DNA of 45,626 bases from Planctomycetota bacterium (GTDB lineage: Bacteria; Planctomycetota; B129-G9), in assembly GCA_043816375.1 (NCBI GenBank), contig JBDRIB010000217.1, positions 1 to 45,626 of the forward strand. The letters are read 5' to 3'. Below, piece by piece: positions 9,051-19,170 of the stretch; the stretch's first letter is position 1, and each line of letters opens with the position of its first letter. The notes under the pieces are model-generated. The model ran no database searches and was not told the origin of the DNA. It saw nothing but the letters and a program-made list of their open reading frames with translations. The position numbers were made by a program, and so were the translations under genes.

Positions 9051-10754
9051 TCGGGTGTTTCTTTGCCGTCGTCGTTTTCTTCTTCAGGGAAGTCGAGCGA
9101 TTCGCTGACTGCATCGAAATCCGGTTTCATACTTTCCCAGCATTCTTTCCACACCCCCATCGAAACGGCAATTACGTCCTCCTCCCGCATAATAAAGGTC
9201 ATCCTGAGCACCATCATCCGCTCGCCCCGGGGCATTTCCGTGTCAAGCCATACAGCGTCGTATTTGCCGATTTTGGTCTTTCCCGATGCTTTTGCCTTGT
9301 ACTTCTGTGTGAGTATTTCAAGCGCCTGCTCCGGAGTTTTGCCCTGCCACGGTGGTTGTATCTGTCCCACAACAACCGCCTCGGTCCAGGAATTGACGAT
9401 AAGGAAATGGTCCCTTCCCTCACCCTCCGCGACCCTAACAATCCAGCCCGGATTTGGCAATTGAAACTGGAGGCCGGTTTTTTTGTCGATGAAAAGAAGT
9501 TTGTCTTTGTCGAATTCAGGTTTGAAGAATTCTATGGAGTCGATGCATTCGGTCAATTCCTTTTTCGAACTTTCGTATGTACCGCTTCGCCCTTTGGGGA
9601 CAAACAAAACAACCCTGTCGTCGAGAACAAAGAGGTGATATTCTCCGGACTCGGCTTCCAGTCCTTTGCCCTTTTTTAAAACTGCCGGTCATACACTTGT
9701 TTTTACCGGCATCCCGCATTTTGCCGGGCCCCATCTCGGATTCTTTAAATATCTTCTTCATTTTCTCAAGCGCATCTTCATACTTCGTGCCTTTGGGCAC
9801 TCCAAAGAAAGAAATGGCAACAAAACCTGATTCCTGAACCGGATCAAGAACGATTATCATCTGAATATTTTCGGCAGCAGCCGTGATGACGAAAACTGAC
9901 TTAACCGGGCTTTCCATCTTGATGCCGAGTTCCTTGACAGTCAGCACACCATCGTTGAAATACTCCGGCATTTTGTAGCCTATCCTCTCGGCGGAAAAAT
10001 CTTTGGCCGTCTTCTCATCCGTCAGTATGTCGCCGATGAAACCGTCGCCGGTTATCCTTCTCGCGAGTGTGCCGTCACTGTCGCACCAGTATCTATCTTC
10101 GCCCAGGCACACGACATTGAATGTAACCGCGTCCTCTCCTTCGCCCTCGACAACCTCGCCTTCGTATTCACAGGTCTCGGGTCCTATCGAGTCTTCATCC
10201 AAATCATAGACGTTAAACTCGACGTTCTTCTTTTCCTTCAGATACTTGAGCCGATAAAGCCAGTAGATTGTCCGCTTGAAATACACTTCATCAACGCCGG
10301 AAAAAGTTTTGGTTCTCTCCTCATTTTTGCCGTTTACATTCAGTTGCGTCGTCAGAACCCACGAATTGTCCTTCTTTTCAACTTTCGCGATTTTTGAATA
10401 CTTGAATTTCGGGGCACTGACGTCTTTCGCATAGTACATCGGTCTGAGGGATTCCCTGGATACCAGGATACGTTCCACCTCCTCACGCTCGAGCGCCTTG
10501 TCGCCGTTCTTTATCCTGACAACTTCTTTGATGTTAAACAGGAGGCAGGACTCGCCGTCGCAATTTGTTCCCATCACCCTTATATTTATGTAACCAACCT
10601 TGGTTGTTCCGACGAAAAGATGGTACCAGTTGTCCTCGAGGACCTTGCCTTCCTTGACCTTCGGGAAGGCGAGTTTCTCGGACCCGGCGGCGAAAGATGC
10701 GTATGACGCGAACAGACACAGCACGAGCGTGACGCAGATTACGCGAGTGTTCAT
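9038..10754 (-). pseudogene. Frameshifted tandem paralogue of 7027-8733 (or a sequencing error)
   Basis: ORFs 9516-10754 and 9038-9607 join if one base is removed from the T6 run at 9672-9677. This restores GSFKKGKGLEAESGEYHLFVLDDRVV, which aligns without gaps to GDFAFRQGVDAYSGEYHIFVLDDRVV. Confidence 0.75.
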
Positions 10755-10913
10755 TGCGTATCCCCCGAAGAAATGAAGCGAGGTGGGAAGAGAGACACCC
10801 CTCGAATATTCCCTGCGCCGTTATTGCAACGCGGCGTCCGCGCATATTGTATGAGCAGCGCGGAGCGGAATCAACGAAAAAGGAGGGAACTACAGCAGGC
10901 GAGGGAAAACACT

Positions 10914-11226
10914 GGAACCACGAATGCACACGAATAAACACGAATTAAAAGGGGCAAAGGGACAGAGGGACAAAGGGACAAAGTAAGTTGTCAAGTTGCC
11001 TGCCCGCCAATGTGTGTGGCCCCTACAGGCCACCCGCCCGGTACGGGCCTGTATGGGTAGGGGTGGCGGGTCAAGTTGTCGAGTTGTCAAAAAAAGAGCG
11101 GCACTTTCGCGCCGCTCTTGCTCTGAACACAAGGACTTTCATCGGATATCCGATATCCGACAACTCCTATACTTCTACACTCCTACACTTCTACACTCCT
11201 GCACTTCTATACTTCTACACTCCTGA
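10914..11226. repeat. Short tandem repeat patchwork downstream of ppdK
   Basis: cacgaat with 10-bp period (also near 42503-42535), agggaca with 8-bp period, atatccg with 7-bp period, and eight 8-bp units of consensus ACTYCTAC at 11163-11226. Confidence 0.8.
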
Positions 11227-13875
11227 TCCTGTGGTGGCGCGCTTGCGGCAAGGCGTGTCCAGCGCGGCCTGCGCCGCCGCCAGTTTGGCTATCGGCACCC
11301 TGTATGGCGAGCAGGAAACGTAATTCAATCCCACCTCGTAACAGAATTTCACGGAATCGGGGTCGCCGCCGTGTTCGCCGCAGATTCCGACCTTGAGTTC
11401 GGGCCTGACCGAACGTCCGCGCTCGGTGCCCATCTTTACCAACTGCCCCACACCCTCGCGGTCGAGGGTCTGGAACGGGTCGACCTTCAGGATGCCCTCT
11501 TTTATGTAGTACGGCACGAATGCGCCGACATCGTCACGGCTGTAACCGAAGGTCATCTGTGTAAGGTCGTTGGTGCCGAAGGAGAAAAATTCAGCCTCGC
11601 GGGCAATACTGTCGGCGACAAGCGCCGCGCGCGGCACCTCAATCATCGTGCCGACGAGATATTTCATATCCTGCTTTCTTTCGACAAGAACCCGGCGGCA
11701 GGCCTCGACGATAAGTTTTTTTGCCACGGTCATTTCTTCCAGGGTGCCCGTTAGCGGCACCATTATTTCCGGCAGGACCTCGACGCCCTTTTCCTTTGCG
11801 TCACAGGCGGCTTCCATTATTGCGCGCGCCTGCATACGAGTGACCTCCGGGTACGTGATACCCAGACGGCAGCCCCGATGACCGAGCATCGGGTTCACCT
11901 CGTGAAGCGCGGCGACCTTCGCCTTAACGACATCCGCGTCCACGCCGATTTCGCGGGCGAGTTCTTCCTGCGCCTTCCGCTCGTTCGGCAGGAACTCATG
12001 CAGCGGCGGGTCAAGCAGGCGTATGGTGACCGGCAGTCCGTCCATCGCCTCGAAGATGCCCAGGAAATCGCCGCGCTGCATCGGAAGAAGTTTGGCCAGC
12101 GCCTTCTCGCGCGAGGCCGTATCGCCTGCAAGTATCATCTCGCGCATCGCGGCAATCCTGTCGGCGCCGAAGAACATATGCTCCGTGCGGCACAGGCCGA
12201 TGCCCTCCGCGCCGAAGCGTTCGCGGGCCATTCGCGCGTCTTCCGGCGTATCCGCGTTGGTGCGCACCTTCATCGTCCGCACCTCATCGACCCACGACAT
12301 CAGTGTATCGTATTGAGAGATATTCTGCTGCTGTATCGTGGGCACGCTGCCGAGCATTACCTCGCCGTTGCTGCCGTCAACGCTGATGACGTCTCCTTCC
12401 TTGACGACCCTGCCGTCCACGGCGAACTGTTTCTTTCCGTAATCGATGTTTAACGCGCCGCAGCCGACGATACAGGGCTTGCCCATACCTCGCGCCACGA
12501 GCGCCGCGTGAGAAGCCTTGCCGCCTATGGCCGTCAGAACGCCTTCCGCGACGTGCATGCCGCCGACGTCTTCCGGCGAGGTTTCCTTCCGGACGAGAAC
12601 GGTTTTCTTCCCGGAACCCGCCCATTCCTCAGCGTCACTCGCCGAAAAGACCACCTGTCCGACGGCAGCGCCCGGAGAGGCAGGGATTCCCTTCGCGAGC
12701 ACATCGCGCGCGGCCTTCGGGTCAAACGCCGGGTGCAGCAGAATGTCGATTTGTTCCGGCGACACTCTCCTGATAGCCTCTTCTTTGTTGATAAGCCCCT
12801 CTTCCACCATATCGACGGCGATTACGACCGCCGCTTGCGGCGTGCGCTTTCCGGTGCGGGTTTGCAGAATGTAGGTCACGCCGTCCTGAATGGTGAACTC
12901 TATGTCCTGCAAATCATTGTAATGCTCTTCGAGCAGATTGCGGATGCGCTGAATGTCCTTGTAGTTTTCGGGCATTTCCTTTTCAAGTTCGCTGATGTGC
13001 TTCGGGGTGCGAATTCCCGCGACGACGTCTTCGCCCTGGGCGTTAATCAGGTAGTCGCCGTAGATTTCGTTCGTGCCATCCTCGCAATTGCGCGTGAAGT
13101 ATACACCGGTGCCGCTGTTCTGGCCGCCGTTGCCGAAGACCATTGCCTGGACGTTGACCGCCGTGCCGCGGAGTCCCGTGATTTTGTTGATTCGGCGGTA
13201 GATAATGGCACGCTCGTTGCCCCAGGACAGCAGCACGGCCATTATCGAGCGGCTGAGTTGCTCCTGCGGGTCCTGGGGGAACTTCTCGCCGGTCGTTTCC
13301 TCGATGAGCGCCCTGTAGCGCTTCACGACTTCCTTCAGGTTCTCGGCGTTCAGTTCGGTATCGGTGGTAACTCCGGCCCGTTTCTTCACGTCTTCGAGGA
13401 TATGCTCGAACCTGTCGTGACCGACATTCATCACGACATTGCCGAACATCTGGACGAAACGACGGTATGCGTCCCAGGCGAATCGGGGATTGCCGGTCTT
13501 TTTCGCCAGCCCCTCGACGGATTTGTCGTTGAGGCCGAGATTGAGCACGGTGTCCATCATTCCGGGCATACTTACGGCGGCTCCGCTGCGAACGGAGAGC
13601 AGGAGGGGATTCGCCTCGTCGCCGAACCTGGTGCCCATTGCCTTTTCCAGGCGCGCGGTATTGTCGGCTATTTCGTTATCGAGTCCGTCCGGAAGCGTCT
13701 GGTTGTGTTCGGAAAAGTGTTCGCAAACCGCGGTTGAGATGGTGAAACCGGCGGGGACCGGCAGACCGAGGTTGGTCATTTCGGCAAGGTTGGCGCCTTT
13801 GCCGCCGAGTTCGTCCTTCATCGCGGCATTGCCTTCCGCCTTTCCTTCACCGAAAAAGAAACAGTACTTGCTCAT
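11215..13875 (-). CDS. ppdK: Pyruvate, phosphate dikinase
   Basis: GGKGANLAEM, SVRSGA..SMPGMMDTVLNLG, phospho-His in GGKASHAA, GIGLCRTEHMF, FSFGTNDLTQ, GICGEHGG. Start at MSKY. Confidence 0.98.
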   Translation of the reverse strand: MSKYCFFFGEGKAEGNAAMKDELGGKGANLAEMTNLGLPVPAGFTISTAVCEHFSEHNQTLPDGLDNEIADNTARLEKAMGTRFGDEANPLLLSVRSGAAVSMPGMMDTVLNLGLNDKSVEGLAKKTGNPRFAWDAYRRFVQMFGNVVMNVGHDRFEHILEDVKKRAGVTTDTELNAENLKEVVKRYRALIEETTGEKFPQDPQEQLSRSIMAVLLSWGNERAIIYRRINKITGLRGTAVNVQAMVFGNGGQNSGTGVYFTRNCEDGTNEIYGDYLINAQGEDVVAGIRTPKHISELEKEMPENYKDIQRIRNLLEEHYNDLQDIEFTIQDGVTYILQTRTGKRTPQAAVVIAVDMVEEGLINKEEAIRRVSPEQIDILLHPAFDPKAARDVLAKGIPASPGAAVGQVVFSASDAEEWAGSGKKTVLVRKETSPEDVGGMHVAEGVLTAIGGKASHAALVARGMGKPCIVGCGALNIDYGKKQFAVDGRVVKEGDVISVDGSNGEVMLGSVPTIQQQNISQYDTLMSWVDEVRTMKVRTNADTPEDARMARERFGAEGIGLCRTEHMFFGADRIAAMREMILAGDTASREKALAKLLPMQRGDFLGIFEAMDGLPVTIRLLDPPLHEFLPNERKAQEELAREIGVDADVVKAKVAALHEVNPMLGHRGCRLGITYPEVTRMQARAIMEAACDAKEKGVEVLPEIMVPLTGTLEEMTVAKKLIVEACRRVLVERKQDMKYLVGTMIEVPRAALVADSIAREAEFFSFGTNDLTQMTFGYSRDDVGAFVPYYIKEGILKVDPFQTLDREGVGQLVKMGTERGRSVRPELKVGICGEHGGDPDSVKFCYEVGLNYVSCSPYRVPIAKLAAAQAALDTPCRKRATTGSGV

Positions 13876-14031
13876 TGTATGCAACTCCTTGTTTAGTGGT
13901 TTTGTTAATTGAAGCGCGACTTTACAGGCCGACATTTACCCTGTCAAGCCTTTTCACCCCTCCTCCAGGTCAAAACTTTCACCAGAGGGGCTTGAGTCTT
14001 TTGCATGCAAGTTTTGAACGTGTGATTCAAC

Positions 14032-14059
14032 TTGACGCGCATTTTGCCGATGATATAAT
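14032..14059 (+). promoter_or_regulatory. Sigma70-type promoter of tRNA-Ser
   Basis: TTGACG-N16-TATAAT with TGn extension, 8 nt upstream of the tRNA. Confidence 0.75.
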
Positions 14060-14067
14060 GATGGACA

Positions 14068-14161
14068 GGAGAGGTGGCTGAGCGGTCGAAAGCGGCAGAT
14101 TGCTAATCTGTTGAGGGGGTACTAACCTCCTCCCCGGGTTCGAATCCCGGCCTCTCCGCCA
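14068..14161 (+). tRNA. tRNA-Ser(GCT)
   Basis: Acceptor stem GGAGAGG/CCTCTCC, discriminator G, encoded CCA, anticodon arm GCAGA-TTGCTAA-TCTGT, long variable arm, GGTTCGAATCC T-arm. Confidence 0.97.
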
Positions 14162-14171
14162 CATAGCCACG

Positions 14172-14210
14172 AAAGTCTGCACTCCGAAGGAGATGCAGGC
14201 TTTGTTGTTG
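14172..14210. terminator. Hairpin terminator between the convergent tRNA and response regulator
   Basis: aaagtctgca-ctcc-gaa-ggag-a-tgcaggcttt followed by a T-rich tail. Confidence 0.6.
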
Positions 14211-14270
14211 ATGCCGGACCGGCTCTTCGGAGACTGTCCCTGAACCGGCGGTTGACGAGAAGCAAAACGC

Positions 14271-14678
14271 CTACAGACTCATTTCCAGTTTTCCCCGCTC
14301 TTCCGGATTCATGTCGCCTATGAGGTAATTCACGATATTCGTAATCGTTTCACTGCTGAAAGGCTTCGTTATGTAGTAGTCCGCGCCCTCGCGGTAGCCC
14401 TTTACCACATCTTCGTCCTTGTCGCGTGCGATGAGCATAATAACCGGCACCGAGGAGTGGTCCGTGTAGCGAATCTCGTCAAGCACCTGATAGCCGTCCA
14501 TCCCCGGCATCCTTATGTCGAGGATAATCAGGTTAACCGTCTGCTCTTTCAGGACATCCAGCGCCTGCACTCCCCCCAGCGCGCAGACAACGTCGTATCC
14601 CCTTTTGGAAAGGAGCCGCTCCAGGTACTTCAAAATTCCCCTGTCGTCGTCAACACAAAGTACTTTTTTATCCGCCAT
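14271..14678 (-). CDS. Stand-alone response regulator receiver-domain protein
   Basis: VLCVDDD, IILDIRMPGMDG, GADYYITKPF. The conserved Thr/Ser is replaced by Ile (VIMLIAR). Confidence 0.9.
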   Translation of the reverse strand: MADKKVLCVDDDRGILKYLERLLSKRGYDVVCALGGVQALDVLKEQTVNLIILDIRMPGMDGYQVLDEIRYTDHSSVPVIMLIARDKDEDVVKGYREGADYYITKPFSSETITNIVNYLIGDMNPEERGKLEMSL

Positions 14679-15035
14679 AACGTCCCTCCACAATCCGTTG
14701 CATAAAGAGATGCGTCAAGCCGGACACCTCGCTTCCGGCAAACGTAACGCGCTTTGGCGAGAAGCCCGATGGCAATTGAAAACAAGTCTTCTGAGAACAG
14801 AGCGATGTGCCGCCCCTGTCGCCCGGGGCGCGGCAAGATATGCAAGATGGATATGAACAGATGAAGCCCAACAACAAATCTACGATAATTCATCGACGCT
14901 CACCGGCAAATTTCTTTAACATATATCCGCCGAATCCGACACAGGGTTTGACCGGCGTCGAAAATGAGCATATTGCTGTTGCCTGAGAAATGAAAATGTG
15001 TTATACACGCGCCATACCTGATTGAGGAGAGGCCG

Positions 15036-15548
15036 GTGAAAATCGGCGTTGTTGCAGATTCACACGACAATATGCCGGCCGTGCGGCGGCTGGTCGAGAT
15101 GTTCAATGGGCTTAAACTCGAATGGCTGGTCCACGCCGGCGATATCGTAGCCCCCTTCGCCGCAATGGAATTCAGGAAGTTCTCCGGACGATTCGTCGCG
15201 GTTTTCGGCAACAACGACGGCGAAAGGCGCGGACTTAAGCGGATACTGGGCGAGATATTCTACCCGCCGCAGACCTTCGAAATCGACGGGAGGAGAATCC
15301 TCGTCGCTCACGAGACAGCGGAAGTCGCTCCTCCACCGGCGGATAAGCGGCCCGATATGATAATATGCGGTCACACGCACGAGGCCTTCGTCGGCGGCAC
15401 AACGGAGGCGGGGCTTAAGGAAGCGATCGGAGACGAGATTCCCTTCCTTAATCCCGGAGAATGCTGCGGCTACCTGACCGGCAGGTGCACCGCGGCGGTC
15501 ATTGACCTGGACGGATTAAAGACGGAGATTGTCGAGATACGCTTATGA
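15036..15548 (+). CDS. Metallophosphoesterase, YfcE/MJ0936 family
   Basis: ADSHDN, HAGD, GNND, AH, GHTH and NPGE motifs. Confidence 0.9.
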   Translation: MKIGVVADSHDNMPAVRRLVEMFNGLKLEWLVHAGDIVAPFAAMEFRKFSGRFVAVFGNNDGERRGLKRILGEIFYPPQTFEIDGRRILVAHETAEVAPPPADKRPDMIICGHTHEAFVGGTTEAGLKEAIGDEIPFLNPGECCGYLTGRCTAAVIDLDGLKTEIVEIRL

Positions 15549-15988
15549 AACATTTCACGAAATGCGGCGCAATTATCATCGTCCTTGCTGTTGCGGCGGC
15601 GAGCGCAGGGTGCATCCAGCGCCAGATAAACGGCAGGTACGGCGTCGAGCGCTACATCACAATCAGGTCCGAGCCGGCCGGCGCACGCGTGCTGGTTGAC
15701 AGCGAAGAGGTCGGCACCACCCCCTACACGTTCCACTTCATTCACTACGGCACGCGCAAGTTCACGGTAATCGCCGACGGCTACAAGACCGTCGATGCGA
15801 TGGAGCGCATCAAGCCGCCGTGGTATCAGTGGTTCCCGATTGACTTCTTCGTCGAACTCATACTGCCGGTAAAGTTCGAAGACAAGCGCGAGTTCCTTTA
15901 CATGCTCGAGCCGGAGCCGTACGTGGGCGGCGAGGAATTCGAGCGCAGGGCGCGCGAATTCCGCGAAATGGAAAGAAAAGAACCGTAG
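15545..15988 (+). CDS. PEGA-domain lipoprotein
   Basis: Lipobox SAGC and TIRSEPAGARVLVDSEEVGTTP. Overlaps the upstream gene by ATGA. Confidence 0.85.
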   Translation: MKHFTKCGAIIIVLAVAAASAGCIQRQINGRYGVERYITIRSEPAGARVLVDSEEVGTTPYTFHFIHYGTRKFTVIADGYKTVDAMERIKPPWYQWFPIDFFVELILPVKFEDKREFLYMLEPEPYVGGEEFERRAREFREMERKEP

Positions 15989-16057
15989 GCCGATACCTGC
16001 TCAATGCTCCCGTCGATTTATTCCTGCTCCGCTTCAGAGCGGCGGCAATGTCGCTTA

Positions 16058-16158
16058 ATACTCAAGTTGACTGATTTTGCGCCAGCCTCGGTGACTGTCA
16101 CCAATTACGGAATCGAGCGAGCCTGGCGAGTGAGATTCGTAGATTGGTGACTGTCACC
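16058..16158. repeat. REP doublet: two GGTGACTGTCACC palindromes around a 43-bp spacer
   Basis: Palindromes at 16090-16102 and 16146-16158. The unit matches the reverse complement of 33997-34065, which has the same 43-bp spacer. Confidence 0.85.
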
Positions 16159-16245
16159 GTAAGATGCGTGTGGCAGAGGAATACGGCCAAGCCTCGGTCG
16201 CTGCCCCAAAAAAGCCAGTCAACTTGAATTAATATGTAATCTTCT

Positions 16246-17655
16246 ATGACATCCTTATCCGGCAATTCCGATGAATATCGCGGCAGGCGCGTTACGATAA
16301 TGGGTCTCGGGCTTTTCGGAGGAGGGGCCGCGGCCGCGCGATATTTCGCGCGACGCGGCGCAATCGTCACCGTCACCGACCTGAAACCCGCCGAGCGCCT
16401 CAGCCGCTCGCTTGAAGGCCTCAAATCCGCCGGAAATATCCGCCTTGTGCTGGGCGAACACAGGCAGGAAGACTTCACAGGCGCCCACCTGGTCATCGTC
16501 AATCCCGCCGTCCCGAAGAACTCGCCGTTCCTCAAAATCGCCGCCGAAGCAGGCGTCACGCTCGACACGGAGACAAACATCTTCTTCAGAAAATGCCCGG
16601 CGCCCATCATCGGCATCACGGGCTCCAACGGCAAGACCACGACCACCGCGCTGACCGCCGGGATACTCGAGGGCGGTCCGCACAGGGTGTGGCTGGGCGG
16701 CAACATCGGCAGGCCGCTCATCGAGTATGTCGATGACATATCGCCCGAAGACATCGTGGTGCTGGAACTGAGCAGTTTCCAGACCGAAGACCTGCACTCC
16801 ATCCGCCGCAGTCCCGCCGTGTCGGTCGTGACGAACCTCACGCCCAATCATCTTGACAGGCACGGCACAATGGAAAACTACGCCGCCGCAAAAAAGGCCG
16901 TCATCAAATATCAAAGCCCGGATGATACTGTTGTCCTCAACGCCGACGACGCAACGGTGCGCGGCTGGTCCGATGAGTGTGCGAGCGAGTCCGCTTTCTT
17001 CAGCCTCGTCTCCGAGGTCGAAAACGGCGCCTTTCTCTCAGACGGGCGGCTTTACCTTAAAGACAACGGCGGCTCTCACTTCGTCTGCGGCAGGGAGGAA
17101 ATACGCCTGCCCGGCGATTTTAACGTCGCCAACGTCCTTGCGGCGTCTGTCGCGGCCGCGGCACTCGGGGCCGGTCCGGAACAGATTGCGCGGGCGGCAA
17201 GAGAGTTTCGCGGCGTGGAGCACCGGCTGGAAATGTTCCTGGAAAAGGACGGCGTGTCGTATTTCAACGATTCAATCGCCACCACACCCGAATCGGCAAT
17301 CGCAGCGCTTGGAGCAGTGCCCAAACCGATAGTGCTTATCGCCGGCGGTTACGACAAGAAAATACCGCCGGACTCATTCGGTTATGCAATCGCCGCACAC
17401 TGTGACTCCGTCGTACTTGTAGGACAGATAGCGCAGATTTTGCGGGAGAGCATCGAGAAACACCGCTCCGGCGAGAAGCCGCACATCATTATGGCCGGAA
17501 CCTCATTCAAGGACGCCGTAAAACAGGCTCTCAAAATGCGCAGGCCCGGCGGGTGCGTGCTGCTGTCGCCCGGGACGGCGAGTTATGATATGTTCGAGAA
17601 CTTCGAGAAGCGCGGCGCGGCTTTCAAGGAACTGGTCAGAAGCCTGCCGGGCTGA
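16246..17655 (+). CDS. murD: UDP-N-acetylmuramoyl-L-alanine--D-glutamate ligase
   Basis: GLGLFG, ITGSNGKTTT, GGNIG, LELSSFQ, NLTPNHLDRH, GVEHRLE, NDSIAT, SPGTASYDMFENFEKRG. Confidence 0.93.
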   Translation: MTSLSGNSDEYRGRRVTIMGLGLFGGGAAAARYFARRGAIVTVTDLKPAERLSRSLEGLKSAGNIRLVLGEHRQEDFTGAHLVIVNPAVPKNSPFLKIAAEAGVTLDTETNIFFRKCPAPIIGITGSNGKTTTTALTAGILEGGPHRVWLGGNIGRPLIEYVDDISPEDIVVLELSSFQTEDLHSIRRSPAVSVVTNLTPNHLDRHGTMENYAAAKKAVIKYQSPDDTVVLNADDATVRGWSDECASESAFFSLVSEVENGAFLSDGRLYLKDNGGSHFVCGREEIRLPGDFNVANVLAASVAAAALGAGPEQIARAAREFRGVEHRLEMFLEKDGVSYFNDSIATTPESAIAALGAVPKPIVLIAGGYDKKIPPDSFGYAIAAHCDSVVLVGQIAQILRESIEKHRSGEKPHIIMAGTSFKDAVKQALKMRRPGGCVLLSPGTASYDMFENFEKRGAAFKELVRSLPG

Positions 17656-17677
17656 CGTGATAGGCAAGGCATAACTG

Positions 17678-18262
17678 TCAGGGCTTTTCCATCTCCAGTT
17701 GCATCTGTCTGATGTTTAACTGAATGGATTCAAGCCTGATGTCTTCGGGGCGAGCCTCAATGAACTTTTTGTAAGCCTTGATGGCTTCCGAGTAGCAGGA
17801 GTTTCTTTCGCTTCTGCTCTCCGCTTTCTGGCCGGCCATTGAGTATGCGAGGGCTATCGTCTCATACGCCCAGGCAAAGTCCGGGTCAAGGCGTAAAGTC
17901 AGCCTGGCGAATTCCAGTGCCTTATCCGTGTTGCCGAGTCTCTGCTCACAGGCCGCGATGTCAAATGTAACACGCGCCCACTCCGGTTCCAGCGTATAGG
18001 CATCGTAAAGTTTTTTCAGCACATCGCTTATTACGATGTCGTACACTTCGGGCAATCGCTCGCGCATTTTGTAAAACTCGGGATGTGTCTTTAGTCTGTG
18101 CGAGACATCGGCCATTGCAGACATCGTCATTTCGGCCTCTTCCATCAATGTACGCGCCTCGGCATTATATTCCTGTTCGCCCCGCGGTTTCCTGCGAGAC
18201 TTGCAGCCGCACAGGGCCAGCACGCACGCCGCAACACAGAATGTGATTACAAGGTTCTTCAT
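17678..18262 (-). CDS. TPR-repeat lipoprotein
   Basis: GGAGG RBS, MKNLV...LCGC lipobox, TPR-like helices (LRLDPDFAWAYETIALAY). Confidence 0.75.
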   Translation of the reverse strand: MKNLVITFCVAACVLALCGCKSRRKPRGEQEYNAEARTLMEEAEMTMSAMADVSHRLKTHPEFYKMRERLPEVYDIVISDVLKKLYDAYTLEPEWARVTFDIAACEQRLGNTDKALEFARLTLRLDPDFAWAYETIALAYSMAGQKAESRSERNSCYSEAIKAYKKFIEARPEDIRLESIQLNIRQMQLEMEKP

Positions 18263-18291
18263 ACAACCTCCGGCGGAGAAAGTCACCATAT

Positions 18292-19083
18292 CTACCGTCT
18301 TATGGCTTTCAGTTGTTCGAGCATCGTTTCCATCTGCCTGCCCCACTGCAGCAGGTTTTCGTCCTTGCCTGTCTTCAGTTCAGGATACGCCGCAAGATGC
18401 GCATCGAGCAGGGCAATCGCCTTGTCATATTCCGCGGCGCGCGCGGCGCCTGTTAGCCGCCCGGCCGTCTCAACGTATATCCAGGCCTGATACTCCCTCA
18501 TTTTGTGCAACATCGGGGGTTTTTCTTGGTGAGTGTAGCGCTCCATCAGTTCGGCCGCCTTTCGCAGACATTCCAGACCTGCCGCTCCCTCCGCCTGCTC
18601 TCCTTTGCGGCCATACGCACCGGCCAGCACCCTGTAGATGAGCCACCGCTCTTTCGAGCTGCCCAGCACAATCTTCCCGTGCTCTATCGCCTCATCGTAA
18701 CGCCCCAGTTTCACCGCGGACTGGGCAACCCCCTGATGGGCCTTAAAAGAATCCGGGCTAATCAGCAGCGCCTGCTTGTAGCAGCCCATTGCCTGTTGAA
18801 GTGTGGCGCGCTGTGCCTCAAGAACCTTGCGCAGTTCCTGGCTGTCGGTTTCCTTTTTCAATATCTCCGTTTCCCTTTTTTCCATAAGCACTGCGGTTTT
18901 TAACAGGGCCTCTCCATCGCCGAGCAGTTTGTGAAACTTGCGTTCCTTTTCGCGCCTGGCAGCCGCCTCTCCTCCCTCCTCCCGTCCCTCCTCCTCCGGA
19001 GGCTTTTCCGGGTCGGTGCCGCGGCAGGACAGGGGGAATAGAACCGCCAGAATCATAAAACAGGAAATGGCAATACGTCGCAT
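18292..19083 (-). CDS. TPR-repeat lipoprotein
   Basis: MRRIA...PLSC lipobox and YKQALLISPDSFKAHQGVA...LGRYDEAI TPR. Confidence 0.7.
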   Translation of the reverse strand: MRRIAISCFMILAVLFPLSCRGTDPEKPPEEEGREEGGEAAARREKERKFHKLLGDGEALLKTAVLMEKRETEILKKETDSQELRKVLEAQRATLQQAMGCYKQALLISPDSFKAHQGVAQSAVKLGRYDEAIEHGKIVLGSSKERWLIYRVLAGAYGRKGEQAEGAAGLECLRKAAELMERYTHQEKPPMLHKMREYQAWIYVETAGRLTGAARAAEYDKAIALLDAHLAAYPELKTGKDENLLQWGRQMETMLEQLKAIRR

Positions 19084-19170
19084 GGAAATCTCCGGGTGTG
19101 CAGCTTCTCCGCTACTTCCGAATTTGAACAAAAAACGCCCCTCTTGTCAAGCAAAAGCCCGTCCTGAGCC

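Noticed and set aside
9672-9681. Programmed -1 frameshift at an AAAAAAG heptamer
   Set aside because: The heptamer is not in the A-AAA-AAG phase, and joining the ORFs needs +1, not -1.
14068-14161. tRNA-Ser as an integration site or as tRNA-Sec
   Set aside because: No integrase or duplicated 3' end in the window. The anticodon is GCT with a normal 7-bp acceptor stem.
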